In this document: positions 15,747 through 30,256 of the stretch, piece by piece
Numbering within the stretch: the first letter of the stretch is position 1
How the letters are laid out: each line of letters opens with the position of its first letter
NCBI GenBank assembly: GCA_000004695.1
Contig: CM000153.2
Location: forward strand, 2,336,001 to 2,400,000
From: Dictyostelium discoideum
Taxonomy: Eukaryota
DNA length: 64,000 bases
Direction: 5' to 3'
Position numbers and translations under genes: made by a program
The notes under the pieces: model-generated
Database searches by the model: none
What the model saw: only the letters and a program-made list of their open reading frames with translations
Told to the model about the DNA's origin: nothing

Positions 15747-18700
15747 CGGCAACAATTAGAGAAATTGAAATTCAAGATGCAAAATCAACAACAGTTATTG
15801 CATTCCATCAAAAGATTCAATTAGCATTCTATTCATTGTTATTGAATGACATTATTAAAGAATTTGGTATTAAAGATTTAGTAGTGTCAGATAGAGCTGG
15901 TATTTATTTAAAAGGTAATTTTAATGTTGAATATTTTTCATTAAAGGATTCAATTAAAATACTTGAAAGTTTTTTATTTGGTGATTCTATTAAAAAGAGA
16001 TCATATCTTTTAGATATCCTTTCAACACCAAAAGAAAAATCTCCTTGGATTCTTAGTGAAAGATGTGATGGTTGTGAATTTATAAACTATTGTACAAATC
16101 AATATGAAAATGAAAAAACTTTAAATTCTTCTGTAAATATAAAATCTTCATCATTATTAAATTTAATTAAACAAGAAAATGAAAAAGAAAAAGAAAAAGA
16201 AAAAGAAAAAGAAAAAGAAAAAGAAAAAGAAAAAGAAAAAGAAAAAGAAAAAGAAAAAGAAAAAGAAAATGAAAATGAAAAAACAAATCAATTAGAATTT
16301 TTAATGAAAATCGATAAAGAATCAATTAAAAATTTAGCACAAAGAGTTGATTTTATTAAATCTTTACCAATGATTGAAGCATCACTAACTGATAAAGTTG
16401 TACCAACTGGTTTATTCGATATTAGATTATCTTCATATGAAGATATTCAAGTTTATTTAGAAATTATACATAATCCAATTAATCAATCAATTTACCAATG
16501 GGGTGTTTTAGTTGTTGATAATACTATCACACCACCATCACCATCATCAAATAAATTTGCAAAAGGAAATGATTTCATTGAATTGGTTATGGGTTTATCA
16601 GTGATTTTCAACCAATATCATAAATCGAAATTATCATTACAATGTTATATATTTGATTCATTCCAAAAATCATTATTCTTTAAACAATGTTTTAAATTAT
16701 TAAAAGATATTAATAATAATAATAATAACATTAATAATAATGAAATTGAATTACATAAAGAATCAATTCTTTTAGTATTAAGAACTTTATTACATAGTAA
16801 TGAATGGATTAATTTAAATATTGGTCATTTTCCACAATGTAATGTACCTTTAAATTGGACATTATCAGATAGACAAGATGAATATTCTTTCTTGGTTATT
16901 AAAGATTTAATTAAAACTTCATTTGCTATAAATGTTAAACCATTTTATACATTTAATAATATTGTAAAGAAATTATTATCACCTTCATCAAATGCTAATG
17001 GTGATGAAGATGATGATGGTGATGAAATATTTAAATTAATAATTAATAATGAAGATTGTTCAAATATTATTGAAAATAAATTACATAAACAATTAGAATT
17101 AATTAATTATTTAAAATTAGTTGTATTTAAAGGTGAAGATTTAAAAGAAGTAAAGAAAGCAAACCAATTCTTAATTAGAGACAAATCAATTTATAATGAT
17201 AATAAATTATTAGCAAAATTATTTTATTGTTATCAAAATGAATGTATTTCATCATATAGAAAATTAAAACAAATTAGATCAAATCCATTAGAAATTAATT
17301 TATTGGAAGGAACATTCTACAAATTAAAACTATTATCAATTGAAGCAAATGGTGAAAAGAAATTTAGATTAACATTTTCAACCGATATAAACATTCAAAA
17401 TTATCAAAGATTTGAACATATCATTGATAAATCATTCTCAAGTTTTGCTTTAATTCAATTATCAAACTATAAACATATATGGTCTTTAAATGAAATTTTA
17501 TCAACTTCTTCAGATTTAAAAAATCAATTCATTGAATCAATTCCATCAATTCATTCACATTATATCATTAACAAATCAATTGATTTAATTTCAGTTTCAT
17601 TAGTTTTTGATGTTTCTTCAAATGTTAAATTTTTAAACAATATGTATGTATAAAATAAAAAATAAAATAAAATAATAATAATAATAATAAATCAATACTA
17701 ATATTAATAAATATTTATTTATTTATTTAAAAGTGGTGAAGAATTTTTATTTTTTGAAAAATATGATATTGGTTACTTTTCAATGCATAGAAGTTTATTA
17801 AAATCGTATGATGAAATGAATAAATCATCAATATTTTTAGATATATTAAATGACCCAAAGAAATGGTGTACCGAGAATATTGATAATGATTTTAAGAGAT
17901 TAACTGATCAAGTGATTGAATCATTTAAAGATATTAGTGGTATTAATCCAAATACTAAATTAGTGATGACAACTTCTCAACAATTAATATTCGATTCAAT
18001 CATTAAAAAGAGAATGCAATTAGTAAGAGGTCCACCAGGTACTGGTAAAACTCATTTCTTAGCATTGGTAGTATTAATATTTATGGAATCATTCAAGAGA
18101 AAAGAAAAACCATTTAGAATTGCTATAACTTCATTTACACATAATGCAATCGATAATTTGCTATTAAGAATTTCAGCATTAAAAAAAGAATATTCAATTT
18201 CTGTTGGTCAAGATATTAATTTCCCATTATTTAAAAAACAATCATCCAAATTAACTGATGAATTCAAAGATAATGATATTAAATTATTCGATAAAAAAGA
18301 TTTAACAAATCGTAATCATCTTTGTGTTGGTGCTACAAGTTGGTCATTATCAACATTGGATTATAATGATTTCGATTTATTAATCATTGATGAAGCTTCT
18401 CAATTAAGTAGTTTTATTGGCTCTATACCATTCCAAAGATTAAATAAAGAAACTGGTAAAATTATAATTTGTGGTGATAATAAACAATTAGGTCCAGTTT
18501 TAAATGACTCATATCCAAATAGAAAAGAATTAAATTGTAATCAAAATCAAAATCAAAATCAAAATAATAATAATGATAATCCAAAATTACATAAATCAGT
18601 TTTCTCTTGTATTAAATCTCATCTAATTGCAAATAATATTAAAAATCCATATTTATCACTTTATGAAAACTTTAGAATGAATAATCAACTTTGTAAATTC

Positions 18701-19423
18701 TCTCAAAATCTTTATGGTAAACTTTATCAATGCTTTAAAGAGAATCAAGAATCAATAACACCTTTATCATTTGATAAAGATGATTTAAATAATCAATTGA
18801 TTGAATCAATTTTCAATAATGATTTATCATGTCATACAATCCTATTAGATGATTCACAATTTGGTGATAAAATATTAGAAGCCAACATTGTTAAACAAAT
18901 TTATAAATTCTTAAGAAAAGAATATTCAAAAAGATTAATTAATAATAATAATAATGAAGAAATAAATGATGAACAAATTAAAGAAGATAAATTTTGGAGA
19001 AAAGATTTAATACTTGGTGTAATTACACCACTTCATATTCAAAGAAATACAATTATTCCAATGATAAATCGTGTACAAATTAATGAATTAAATCTTGAAG
19101 CAACTGTAAAACCAATTGTAAATACAGTTGAAGTTACACAAGGTAAAGAATTTGAAAATGTAATTCTATGTTATAATGGTTTTGATGATCTTAATCGTAT
19201 CTCTGAATTTAGTTTTGACCTTAATCGTTTAAATGTTGGTTTCACTCGTTCAAAGAAAAGATTCATCTTAATAGTTTCCTCAAAATTATTCTTCCCTGAT
19301 GAATCAATCTTTGATAACAAAAGAATGTCTTTAGCTTATAATCATTTAATTAAATATATTGAATATTCAAAAATTCATCAATTTTATTCCTCACAAATTA
19401 AAAATGATAATAATATTATTAAA

Positions 19424-19481
<58 letters not shown>

Positions 19482-19543
19482 TAAATGACAATAATTTAAT
19501 CGATAAATTTAATAACAGTTTGGTGTTCGAGGATAAAAAATGA
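14414..19543 (+). CDS. dna2: DNA2-type nuclease-helicase (RecB-like PD-(D/E)xK nuclease with Fe-S cluster plus SF1 helicase), 2 exons, about 1665 aa
   Basis: The supplied ORFs 14414..17653 and 17783..19543 are joined by a 90-nt intron 17644..17733 (GTATGT...AAAAG) with phase-2 continuity (..FLNN-I-GEEFLFFEKYDIGYFSMHRSLL..). Nuclease features are FHFGCERY (first Cys), PDFLLISKK, EIEIQDAKS, a QhxxY motif (QLAFYSLLL), and a CX2CX5C motif (CDGCEFINYC) downstream of them. Helicase features are a Walker A GPPGTGKTH, ITSFTHNAIDNLLLRI (compare human DNA2 TSYTHSAVDNILLKL), LLIIDEASQLS and ICGDNKQLGPV. Confidence 0.75.
16195..16268 (+). repeat. (AAAGAA/GAAAAA)n hexanucleotide microsatellite encoding a (KE)n run inside the DNA2-like CDS
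   Basis: A direct read shows about 12 perfect hexamer copies in frame. Confidence 0.9.
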
Positions 19544-19960
19544 AAACACCAATTTGTAAAAAAAAAAAAAATAGTTTAAAAATAGAAAAATAGGAAAAAA
19601 AAAAAAATAAATAAAAATACTTTAAAGAATTAAAAGATAAATAATAATCGAGATAATCAAGATAAAAATGGGTTTTTTTTTTTTTTTTTTTTAAGAGTAT
19701 TTAGAGAAAATATGTACAGATTAATAAAAAAGTAAATTACTATTCAAAATATAGAATTTATAATTTTTGAACTTTACAATAAAAGATTTTACTTGTGTTA
19801 ATATTTGGAAATATCTTTGTAAAAATTATGGAATTCACCCACATTTTTTGATAACACAACCACACTCACACTCACACACTCACATTAATAAATCTAAAGA
19901 TTATAAATGGATATATATTCAATAATTGATCCCACTGATGTGATTATCTTTATGATCAGT

Positions 19961-19994
<34 letters not shown>

Positions 19995-20772
19995 CTTTGT
20001 TTTTTACTTCTTTTCTTTTATTTGCCATCAACCAACGTTTTCAAATGGGGTTTACAATAAAAATGAAAAAAATATTTCATGTTGGGTAGTTAACAAAACG
20101 ATTTTAGTGTTATCGAATTTATAAAAAAAAAATAAAAAAAAAGAAAAAAAAAGGGTTTAAACACAAAAAAAAAACATTTTGGCTTTTTCAAGATTTTTTT
20201 TGGCAAACTTTGGGTTTTTATCATAATTACATTAAAAAATAAAAATAAAAAAAATAAAAATAAAAAAAAAAAAAATAAAATAAAAAATAAAAAAAAAAAA
20301 CAAAAAAAAAAAATAAAATAAAATATAACACTGTTATTATTTTTTTTTTTTTTTTTTTTTTTTTCTTCCCTTTAGTCAAATCAATATATTTTTTAAAAGG
20401 TAATTTCGTTAGTAAAAAACTTTTTAACACTGTGTTTAACCCACATTGTTTTTTAAAACAAATAATTTGAATTTTAAAAATAATTTAGATTTTTTTGACT
20501 GGTTTATTTTATTATCATTTTATTAATTTTTTTTAAAAAAAAAAAAATTAAAAAAAATTGTTATTTAAAATTATATTTTTAAATCATAAAAGATCATTTT
20601 TAATATTATCATTATATAATCTTGGTTATAAGTAATTTTTTTTTTTAAAATATTATCACAAGATAAAATATAAAATCACCAAAATAATATTAGAATAATA
20701 TTTAAATTAAAATTAAAAATAAAATTAAAAATAATATTAAAATTAAAATTAAAATAAAATTAAAAAAATAAA

Positions 20773-20811
<39 letters not shown>

Positions 20812-21078
20812 CCCTTTTATAATAATAATCTATTTTAAATTATTTTTAATCGTTTATTAATTATATATTTATTTATATTTTTTATAATTATTCAATAACC
20901 ATTATTATTATTTTTATTATAATTATTTTAAAATTTTTATTTTATTAATTTATTTATTTATTCAATTATTAATTTTTTGGTTGCCACTGGTTGCCGACTA
21001 AAACCAACTAAAAAAAAAAAAAAAAAAAACCAAAATAATTTATCCCCATTAAATAATTATAGAGATATTGGAAAAAAA

Positions 21079-22174
21079 ATGAAAACTATATTATCATTAT
21101 TATTTATTTTAAGTATTTTTTCAAATTTATATTTTGTTAAATCGCAACAATCGGTTACAGTACTTTCAGATTCAATTGAATCATTTGGAACAATTGAAAC
21201 TGTTAAATCAGGTGCTTCAATTTACTCTTTCACATTGACCTCCAAATTACCAACCAACATTACTGTAACACCATGTTTTGGAACTTTCGATATTTATGTT
21301 AGTCTAAACAATATTATAACAAATAAGAGTGCAACCTATTATGGTGAATGGGATCCATCTGTAAAAGCACTTGGAACAAATTTAAAAGCATTACCTGAAA
21401 ATACTATTATGTATGTAAATAAAAAAAAATAAAAAAAATAAAAAAAAATGAAAATTATTATTATTCTGTGACATCATAAAATTAAATCATTAAACTAACT
21501 TTTTTTAAATATCATCATCATTATCATAAAAATATAGCTATATTGCTGTTATGCCATTAGAAGAATATGATTTCAAAAACAAAACATATGCCGCATCCTT
21601 CTCTGTTTTAATCACTACAAATGAACAAGATCGTATGTATAATTATAACCCTTTTATATTATTATTTTATATAATTTTTTATTTATTTATTTACTAACTT
21701 ATAATTAAAAAAAATATAATAAATAAATTATAAGTTGTTGTTCCATATTTACCAATACCAGCAAGAGATGGTGGTGTTGATATTAAATTAACAAATGGTG
21801 GTAAATCAGGTACAATTAGTTTTTATAAAACTGGAAATTCTACTGATAATTATACAATTTACACTTTTTATGGTACTAGACCAAAAGGAAGTTTCCCATT
21901 CTCTGCATGTGGTGTTAAATTTTATGCAACTGAAAACAATCAAAAGATTGAAGATAATGGTGACAATGAAGCATCTGCTACTTTCACTGGTTTAAATACT
22001 AAAGAACCAACTGGTTTAACTGTTGTTGTTACTAGAAAGACAAAGAATTTTTCAAGTGCCTATGATTATGCTGTTTTTAATGCTCCAAATTCTTCATCTT
22101 CTTTAAAATCAACTTTCTTAAATTTAATTCCAGCTTTCTTTATTTGTATTTTTATTTCATTTTTATTATTGTAA
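21079..22174 (+). CDS. Small secreted/GPI-anchored protein, 3 exons, about 288 aa
   Basis: Exons are 21079..21410, 21538..21632 and 21735..22174. Both introns use GTATGT donors with AT-rich bodies and have frame-consistent junctions (phases 2 and 1). The N-terminal signal peptide is MKTILSLLFILSIFSNLYFVKS. The C-terminal hydrophobic tail FLNLIPAFFICIFISFLLL following a Ser-rich stretch is a typical GPI signal. The annotated 20977 start lies upstream of the likely true ATG at 21079. Confidence 0.65.
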
Positions 22175-22317
22175 AACCACAATAATCTTCACATATTTCA
22201 TTTGTTTTTTTTTTTTCTGGAAAAAAAAAAAAAAGCTTAACAAAATAAAATAAATATTTAATAACAAAAAGAAAACCTTTTTTCAAAATTTATTTATTTT
22301 TTTTTTTTTTTGGTTGT

Positions 22318-22352
<35 letters not shown>

Positions 22353-22648
22353 GAAAAAAGATAGGAAAAAAAAGTGAAAAAGAAAAAATGATGGGGTGAA
22401 ATGCAAAAAAAAAGATAAAATAAACATTAGTTTTATTATGAGAATTTTACTTTGATTCTTTAGTATCAATAGTCATATATATGCGCTTCTTTAAAAAAAA
22501 AAAAATAAAAAAGTGAACAGCAAGTGGGGGTTATTTTATTTTTTTTAAAATTTTCTATTTTTTTTATTTATATCATTATGTTCTTTTTTTTTTTTCTTTT
22601 TTTTTGAATAAATTATTGATACTACTATTAATTATTTATATTATATAT

Positions 22649-23022
22649 TTAAACTCTGTCTGATGGGAAGAGATCAGCGGCTTTTTGTTCATCCCATTCT
22701 GAAATCTGTTATTTATTATTATTATTATTTTTTATTAAAATGAAAAGAAAAATAAAATAATATATATATTAGTACTACTTTTTATTTATATACTATTTCT
22801 TTTTTTTTTTTTTTTAAAAGTGATAAAATAATGAAAACATACCCAGGCAGCTGGACATAATGAGTTCATTGAGTTGAAAAAAGTTTGACATTTTGAGTTG
22901 TCACCATTGTAATGTTTGACACAACCATAGTAATCAACGTAGTTAGCCCAACAATGTTTAGTTTGGTTTTGTTGTGGGAATCTTGGGTTGTATGGTGCAG
23001 TTTGTAATTGTTCTCCTTCCAT
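22649..23022 (-). CDS. Cytochrome c oxidase subunit VIb (COX6B/Cox12 family), 2 exons
   Basis: Exon 1 is 22843..23022 (MEGEQLQTAPYNPRFPQQNQTKHCWANYVDYYGCVKHYNGDNSKCQTFFNSMNSLCPAAW). The twin CX9C/CX10C motifs are present. The GTATGT-donor intron is 22706..22842. Exon 2 is 22649..22705 (ISEWDEQKAADLFPSDRV*), which matches the conserved KWDEQR C-terminus. Confidence 0.85.
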
Positions 23023-23546
23023 TGTTGTTAATTTATATGCTATGTGTGTATGAATGAATGAAATAAAAAATTTTTGAAAAAAAAAAAAAATTGGAAAAAT
23101 TAAAAAAAAAAAAAAAAAAAAAAAAATCAAAATTTTTTATTTTTTTTTTTTATTTTTTTATTATTTTTTTTTTTTTGTATTTACACTGAAATTGATTGTT
23201 TTTGAAAAATCAGCCAAATTTTTTTATTTTATTTTTTAAACAAAGAAATAAACAAAGAAATAGTGAAAATTGAAATTTTTTTTTTTTTTAAAATAAAAAA
23301 AAAAAAAATATATAAGTGAACATACAAAAAATATATTTTTTTTTCTTTTGATTATATTTAAAAAGGAAATATGGGAATTTTTTTTTTTTTTTGAGAAGAA
23401 AATGTGGAAAAAAAAAAATTTGGTGTTTTTACCTAATTTGGAGGATAAAAAACCTTTAAAAAAAATCGTATTGGTAAAAACATTTAAAATGATTTTAATG
23501 ACATAGAAGTGTTTACAAATATTTACAACTTGGTTTATTTATGTTT

Positions 23547-23595
<49 letters not shown>

Positions 23596-23621
23596 TGTTT
23601 TTATATTTTTATTAAACTATT

Positions 23622-24974
<1,353 letters not shown>

Positions 24975-25001
24975 AATTTTAAAAATAGAAAATGAAATTT
25001 G

Positions 25002-25052
<51 letters not shown>

Positions 25053-25298
25053 AAAATAAATCAATTTATTGGGAAAAATAAAAAAAATAAAAAAAATGAA
25101 AAATGAAAATAATTAAAAAGTCAATCTTATAAACCTTTTTTTTTATTTTTTTTTTAAAAATTTTAAAAAAAGTCGAATAAAAATAAAAAAAAAACCACCT
25201 TTTTTCCCTTAAGTTTTTTTTTTTTTTTTTTTTTTTACAATCAAATTCGAATATAAAATTTATATATCTTTATAAATATATATTATTAATATAATAAA

Positions 25299-26276
25299 AT
25301 GAGCTCAATTACAAAAAGAGATAAGGTTATAATTGGATCAAGAAAATCTCAATTAGCAATGCTTCAAACAGAATGGGTTAGAGATAGAATTCAAGAATTA
25401 AATCCCGGTATTATAGTTGAAATTAAAACAATGGATACAACAGGTGATAAAGTATTGGATGTATCACTTTCAAAGATTGGTGATAAAGGTTTATTTACAA
25501 AGGAATTGGAAGATATGATGTTAAATGGTACAATTGATTTAGCAGTTCATTCATTAAAAGATATACCAACAAAATTACCAGATGGATTAAAATTAGGAGC
25601 CATCACTAAAAGATATAATACATCAGATGCATTCATTGCCAATGCTAAAAAGCATGGAAAGAATTGTAAATTATCAGAGTTACCACAAGGTGCAATGATA
25701 GGATCATCCTCATTGAGAAGGGTTGCACAATTGAAGAAAGCATATCCACATTTACAATTCAAAGATATTAGAGGTAATTTAAATACCCGTTTTAAGAAAT
25801 TAGAAGATGATTCAAATGGATATGATGGTATGATTTTAGCAGTTGCAGGTTTAGAAAGAATGGAATTAACCGACCATATCTCTGAGATCATTCCAGATTC
25901 AATTTCATTATATGCAGTTGGTCAAGGTTCGTTAGGTATTGAATGTAAAGATGGTGATGATTTCATTCAATCAATTTTAAATCCATTAATTCATCGTGAA
26001 TCAATGTATTGTTGTGAAGCTGAACGTTCAATGTTAAGAGATTTAGAAGGTGGTTGTCATGTACCAATTGGTGTTGTCACAAAATTACACAATCAATCGC
26101 AACCTGATGAAACTTTAGAAATTAATGCTATAGTTTTAAATTTAGATGGTTCAAAATATATTGAATCTAAAATTATTGGTCCATCAATTCAATATTATCA
26201 ATTAGGTAAATCAATTGCTCAAGATTTAATTAATAAAGGTTCAAAAGATATTTTATCCGAATTTATTAAAAAATAA
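25299..26276 (+). CDS. hemC: Porphobilinogen deaminase (hydroxymethylbilane synthase)
   Basis: This is a single exon of 325 aa. The N-terminal IGSRKSQLAMLQTEWV matches IRVGTRKSQLA of HMBS. Other matches are GDKGLFTKELE, the three-domain HMBS arrangement and the cofactor-binding Cys region (LEGGCHVPIG). Confidence 0.9.
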   Translation: MSSITKRDKVIIGSRKSQLAMLQTEWVRDRIQELNPGIIVEIKTMDTTGDKVLDVSLSKIGDKGLFTKELEDMMLNGTIDLAVHSLKDIPTKLPDGLKLGAITKRYNTSDAFIANAKKHGKNCKLSELPQGAMIGSSSLRRVAQLKKAYPHLQFKDIRGNLNTRFKKLEDDSNGYDGMILAVAGLERMELTDHISEIIPDSISLYAVGQGSLGIECKDGDDFIQSILNPLIHRESMYCCEAERSMLRDLEGGCHVPIGVVTKLHNQSQPDETLEINAIVLNLDGSKYIESKIIGPSIQYYQLGKSIAQDLINKGSKDILSEFIKK

Positions 26277-26419
26277 AATAATTTAACATATTTAAAAAAA
26301 AAAATAAAAAAATAAAAAAATAATAATTTATTAAGTAAATAGAGAGTTATTATTATTATAGTATAGTAAAATATATTTTTATTATTTTATTTTTATTTAT
26401 TATTATTTTGTTTAAGAGT

Positions 26420-29400
26420 TTATTTTACTAATGGTAAACGATCATAAGATAAAATTGAAGATAACCATCTTTCAGCTTCTTCTTTGGTGATTTGTTTTCT
26501 TGATGCATAAGATTCGATTTGTTCTTTAGTGATTTTACCAACAGAGAAATATTTAGCATGTTCATGAGAGAAATAAACACCACAAACTGCAGCACCAGGT
26601 AACATTGCCATATGATCGGTTAATTCGATAGAGGTATTTTCATTTACATTCATTAATGACCAAATGGTTTTCATTTCAGTATGATCTGGTTGAGCTGGAT
26701 AACCTGGAGCTGGACGAATACCTTTATATTTAATTTTGAATAAATCTTCATTTGATAATGCTTGATCCTTTTCATAGGCCCAATGTTCTCTTCTAACATC
26801 TTCGTGAACAGCTTCTGCCAATGCCTCTGCTAAACGATCAGCCAATGCTTTAGCCATGATACTTGAGTAATCGTCATTCTCTTTTTTATATTTTTCAACC
26901 ATATCTTCTAAACCAAAACCAGAACTAACAGCGAATAAACCAATGTAATCCTTTACACCCGATGAAACTGGTGCGATATAATCACCGATGGCAATGTATG
27001 GTTCATCAGTTTCCTTTTCATTTTGTTGACGAAGACCAAAGAGTGTTGCAATTGGTTTGGAACGAGTTTCATCATCATTATGATCGTAGATTATAATATC
27101 CTCATCGATACTATTAGCAGGGTAGAAACCAATTACACCACGAGCATTTAAAAGTTTCTTATCGACAATTTCCTTCAACATGGTTTGAGCATCATCAAAG
27201 AGTTTCTTTGCTTCGGCACCAACGGTTTCATCATTGAAAATACGTGGATAACCACGATTTGGATATTTACCACGTAATTGCCAAGTTACAAAGAATGGAT
27301 TCCAATCGATTTTAGTGACTAATTTCTCCAAGGAATACTCTTTGAAAACTTGAGTACCAAGGAATGTTGGTTTAACAGGTTGAATGGTTTTCCAATTAAC
27401 TTTAACACAATGTTGACGTGCTTTCTCTAAAGAAGTATATTTTCTATCCTTTAGTGAAGCATAATGTTTCTCACGAAGTTCTGCGTATTGCTGTGAAACA
27501 TCCTCTGCGAAAACTTCTTTATTATTTGGATCTAACAATGATTGAACTACAGTTACACTACGTGATGCATCTAAAACATGAACGGTTGGTTGAGAATAGT
27601 GTGGTGAAATCTTAACTGCTGTGTGAATTTGTGAGGTAGTGGCACCACCAATCATTAATGGGATTTTGAATTTAAGTCTTTCCAATTCACTTGCTACATA
27701 AATCATCTCGTCCAATGATGGAGTGATTAAACCTGATAAACCTACAACATCGGCTTTGTTGGCAATGATGGCCTCTACAATCTTTTCACATGGTGTCATA
27801 ACACCAATATCAATGACTTTGTAATTGTTACAACCCAATACAACACCAACGATATTCTTACCGATATCATGTACATCACCTTTAACAGTTGCCAAAACAA
27901 CGACACCGGCATTATCTGGTTCATCTTCTGCTGCTTCATCGTTACCTTTCTCTAAACGTTTTAATCTTTTCTCTTCCTCCATGAATGGAATTAAATGAGC
28001 TACAGCTTTTTTCATAACACGAGCACTCTTGATAACTTGTGGAAGAAACATTTTACCAGCACCAAATAAATCACCAACAACATTCATACCACCCATTAAT
28101 GGGCCTTCAATGACAGATAATGATGATGGTAATGTGTTACGTGCCTCTTCGGTATCTTCAATGATATAAGTGGTGATACCTTTAACCAAAGCATGAGCGA
28201 TTCTTTCAGACACTGGTTTATTTCTCCATTCTTCTACTTCAACATTTGCTTTCTCTGATTTATTATTGGCTTGAGCGTATTCTAATAGTTTTTCAGTTGC
28301 ATCATTGGTACGATTTAAAATTGCATCCTCTACTAATTTCAAAAGATCCTTTGGAATATCATCATAGATTGGTAATGCACCAGCATTAACGATACCCATA
28401 TCCATACCGGCGGCAATTGCATAGTAAAGGAAAGCACTGTGCATAGCTTCACGCAATGGTTCGTTACCACGGAATGAGAAGGAAAGATTAGAAACACCAC
28501 CACTTACACGAGTTAATGGCATCAATGCTTTGATCTCTCTAGTGGCCTCAATGAATTCTACACCATAGTTATTATGTTCTTCTAAACCTGTTGCAATTGT
28601 TAAGATATTTGGATCGAAAATGATATCTTGTGGATAGAAACCAACTTGCTCTGTTAGGATCTTGTATGAACGATAACAAATTCTAACTTTCTCTTCTTTG
28701 CTTGTAGCTTGACCATTTTCATCGAATGCCATAACAACAACGGATGCACCATATTGTTTAACGATTTTAGCTTGTTTAATGAACAATTCTTCACCAACCT
28801 TCAAAGAGATTGAATTGACAATACACTTGCCTTGAACACATTTTAAACCTGCCTCTACAACATCGAAATTACTAGAATCCAACATGATTGGTACCTTTGA
28901 AATCTCTGGTTCTGAGCCAATGAAGAATAAAAACTTTTGAATGGCTGCAACTGCATCAATCATACCTTCATCCATATTGATATCAATGATTTGTGCACCA
29001 GCTTCAACTTGTTGACGAGCAACTGATAATGCCTCTTCGTATTTATTGGCTTTGATTAAATTTGCGAAACGTCTTGAACCAGATACATTACAACGTTCAC
29101 CAACATTTACAAAATTTAATTCCTTTGTGAATACCAATGGCTCCAAACCAGAGAGTGTAGTATTTGGAACAAGTGTTGGAATGGCACGTGGTGCGATACC
29201 CTCAATGGCATTGCAGAATGCACGAATGTGATCTGGAGATGTACCACAACAACCACCTACAATATTTAATAAACCAGACTCGGCAAACTCCTTAATTTGC
29301 TCTGCCATCATCTCTGGTGTTTCATCGTAACCACCAAATGTATTTGGCAAACCTGCATTTGGATAACATGAAACGTAGCATTCTGAACACTTTGAAATAT

Positions 29401-30026
29401 TTTGAAGGAATGGTCTCATCTCTTGAGCACCCAATGCACAATTCAAACCGAATACCATAAGATTTGCACTTGCAACACTTGTATAGAATGCCTCACCTGT
29501 TTGACCACTCAATGTTCTACCACTCTTATCTACGATAGTACCTGAAACGAATACTGGTAATCTTGGTGAATATGTCTTGAAGAATTCCTCAATTGCGAAT
29601 AATGCTGCTTTACAATTGAGTGAATCGAAAACTGTCTCCACCAAAATCACATCAATACCACCCTCAACCAATGCTTCAACCTGTTCGAGATAACCACTTA
29701 CCAATTCATCGAATAATACATTTCTTGCTTCTGGTCTTTCGACTGATGGTGAAATCGAAGCTGTCTTATTGGTTGGACCAACTGCACCACAAACAAATCT
29801 TGGTCTACTTGGATCCTTCTTTGTATACTCTTCACATGCACTCTTGGCTAATCTTGCTGATTCAATATTAATTCTTTTAACTAAATGTTCCATCTTATAA
29901 TCTGCTTGTGAAAATATATTACCATTAAATGTATTGGTTTCAATAAAATCTGCACCTGCTTCAAGATATTTCTAATGAATCAATTATTATAAAAATATAT
30001 TTATATTAATTTATTATTATTTATTA

Positions 30027-30062
<36 letters not shown>

Positions 30063-30256
30063 TATTATTAAACACCACATACACAATGAATTTCCCTAAT
30101 GATATGTGGTTGAGTTAATGATAAAAGATCATTATTACCACCTAATTCATGTGGAAAATCTTTAAATTCTTCACCTCTATAATCATTATCTTTTAATTTG
30201 AATTTTTGAATTTCTGTACCCATAGCACCATCAAGTACCATAATTCTTTCACTCAA
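26420..30256 (-). CDS. Cobalamin-dependent methionine synthase (MetH/MTR), 2 exons, about 1241 aa
   Basis: Exon 1 is 30083..30256 ([19 protein letters not shown]...IIREIHC). The intron is 29972..30082 (GTATGT...CATTAG). Exon 2 is 26420..29971 ([15 protein letters not shown]...). The Hcy, pterin, B12-binding ([10 protein letters not shown]...GLSGL) and AdoMet-activation domains are all recognisable. Confidence 0.9.

Noticed and set aside
20449-20456. Additional ACCCACAT (DUSE-like) boxes at 20449 and 48854
   Set aside because: There is no downstream hairpin, T-run unit or conserved structure within ~63-100 nt, so they are probably chance occurrences.
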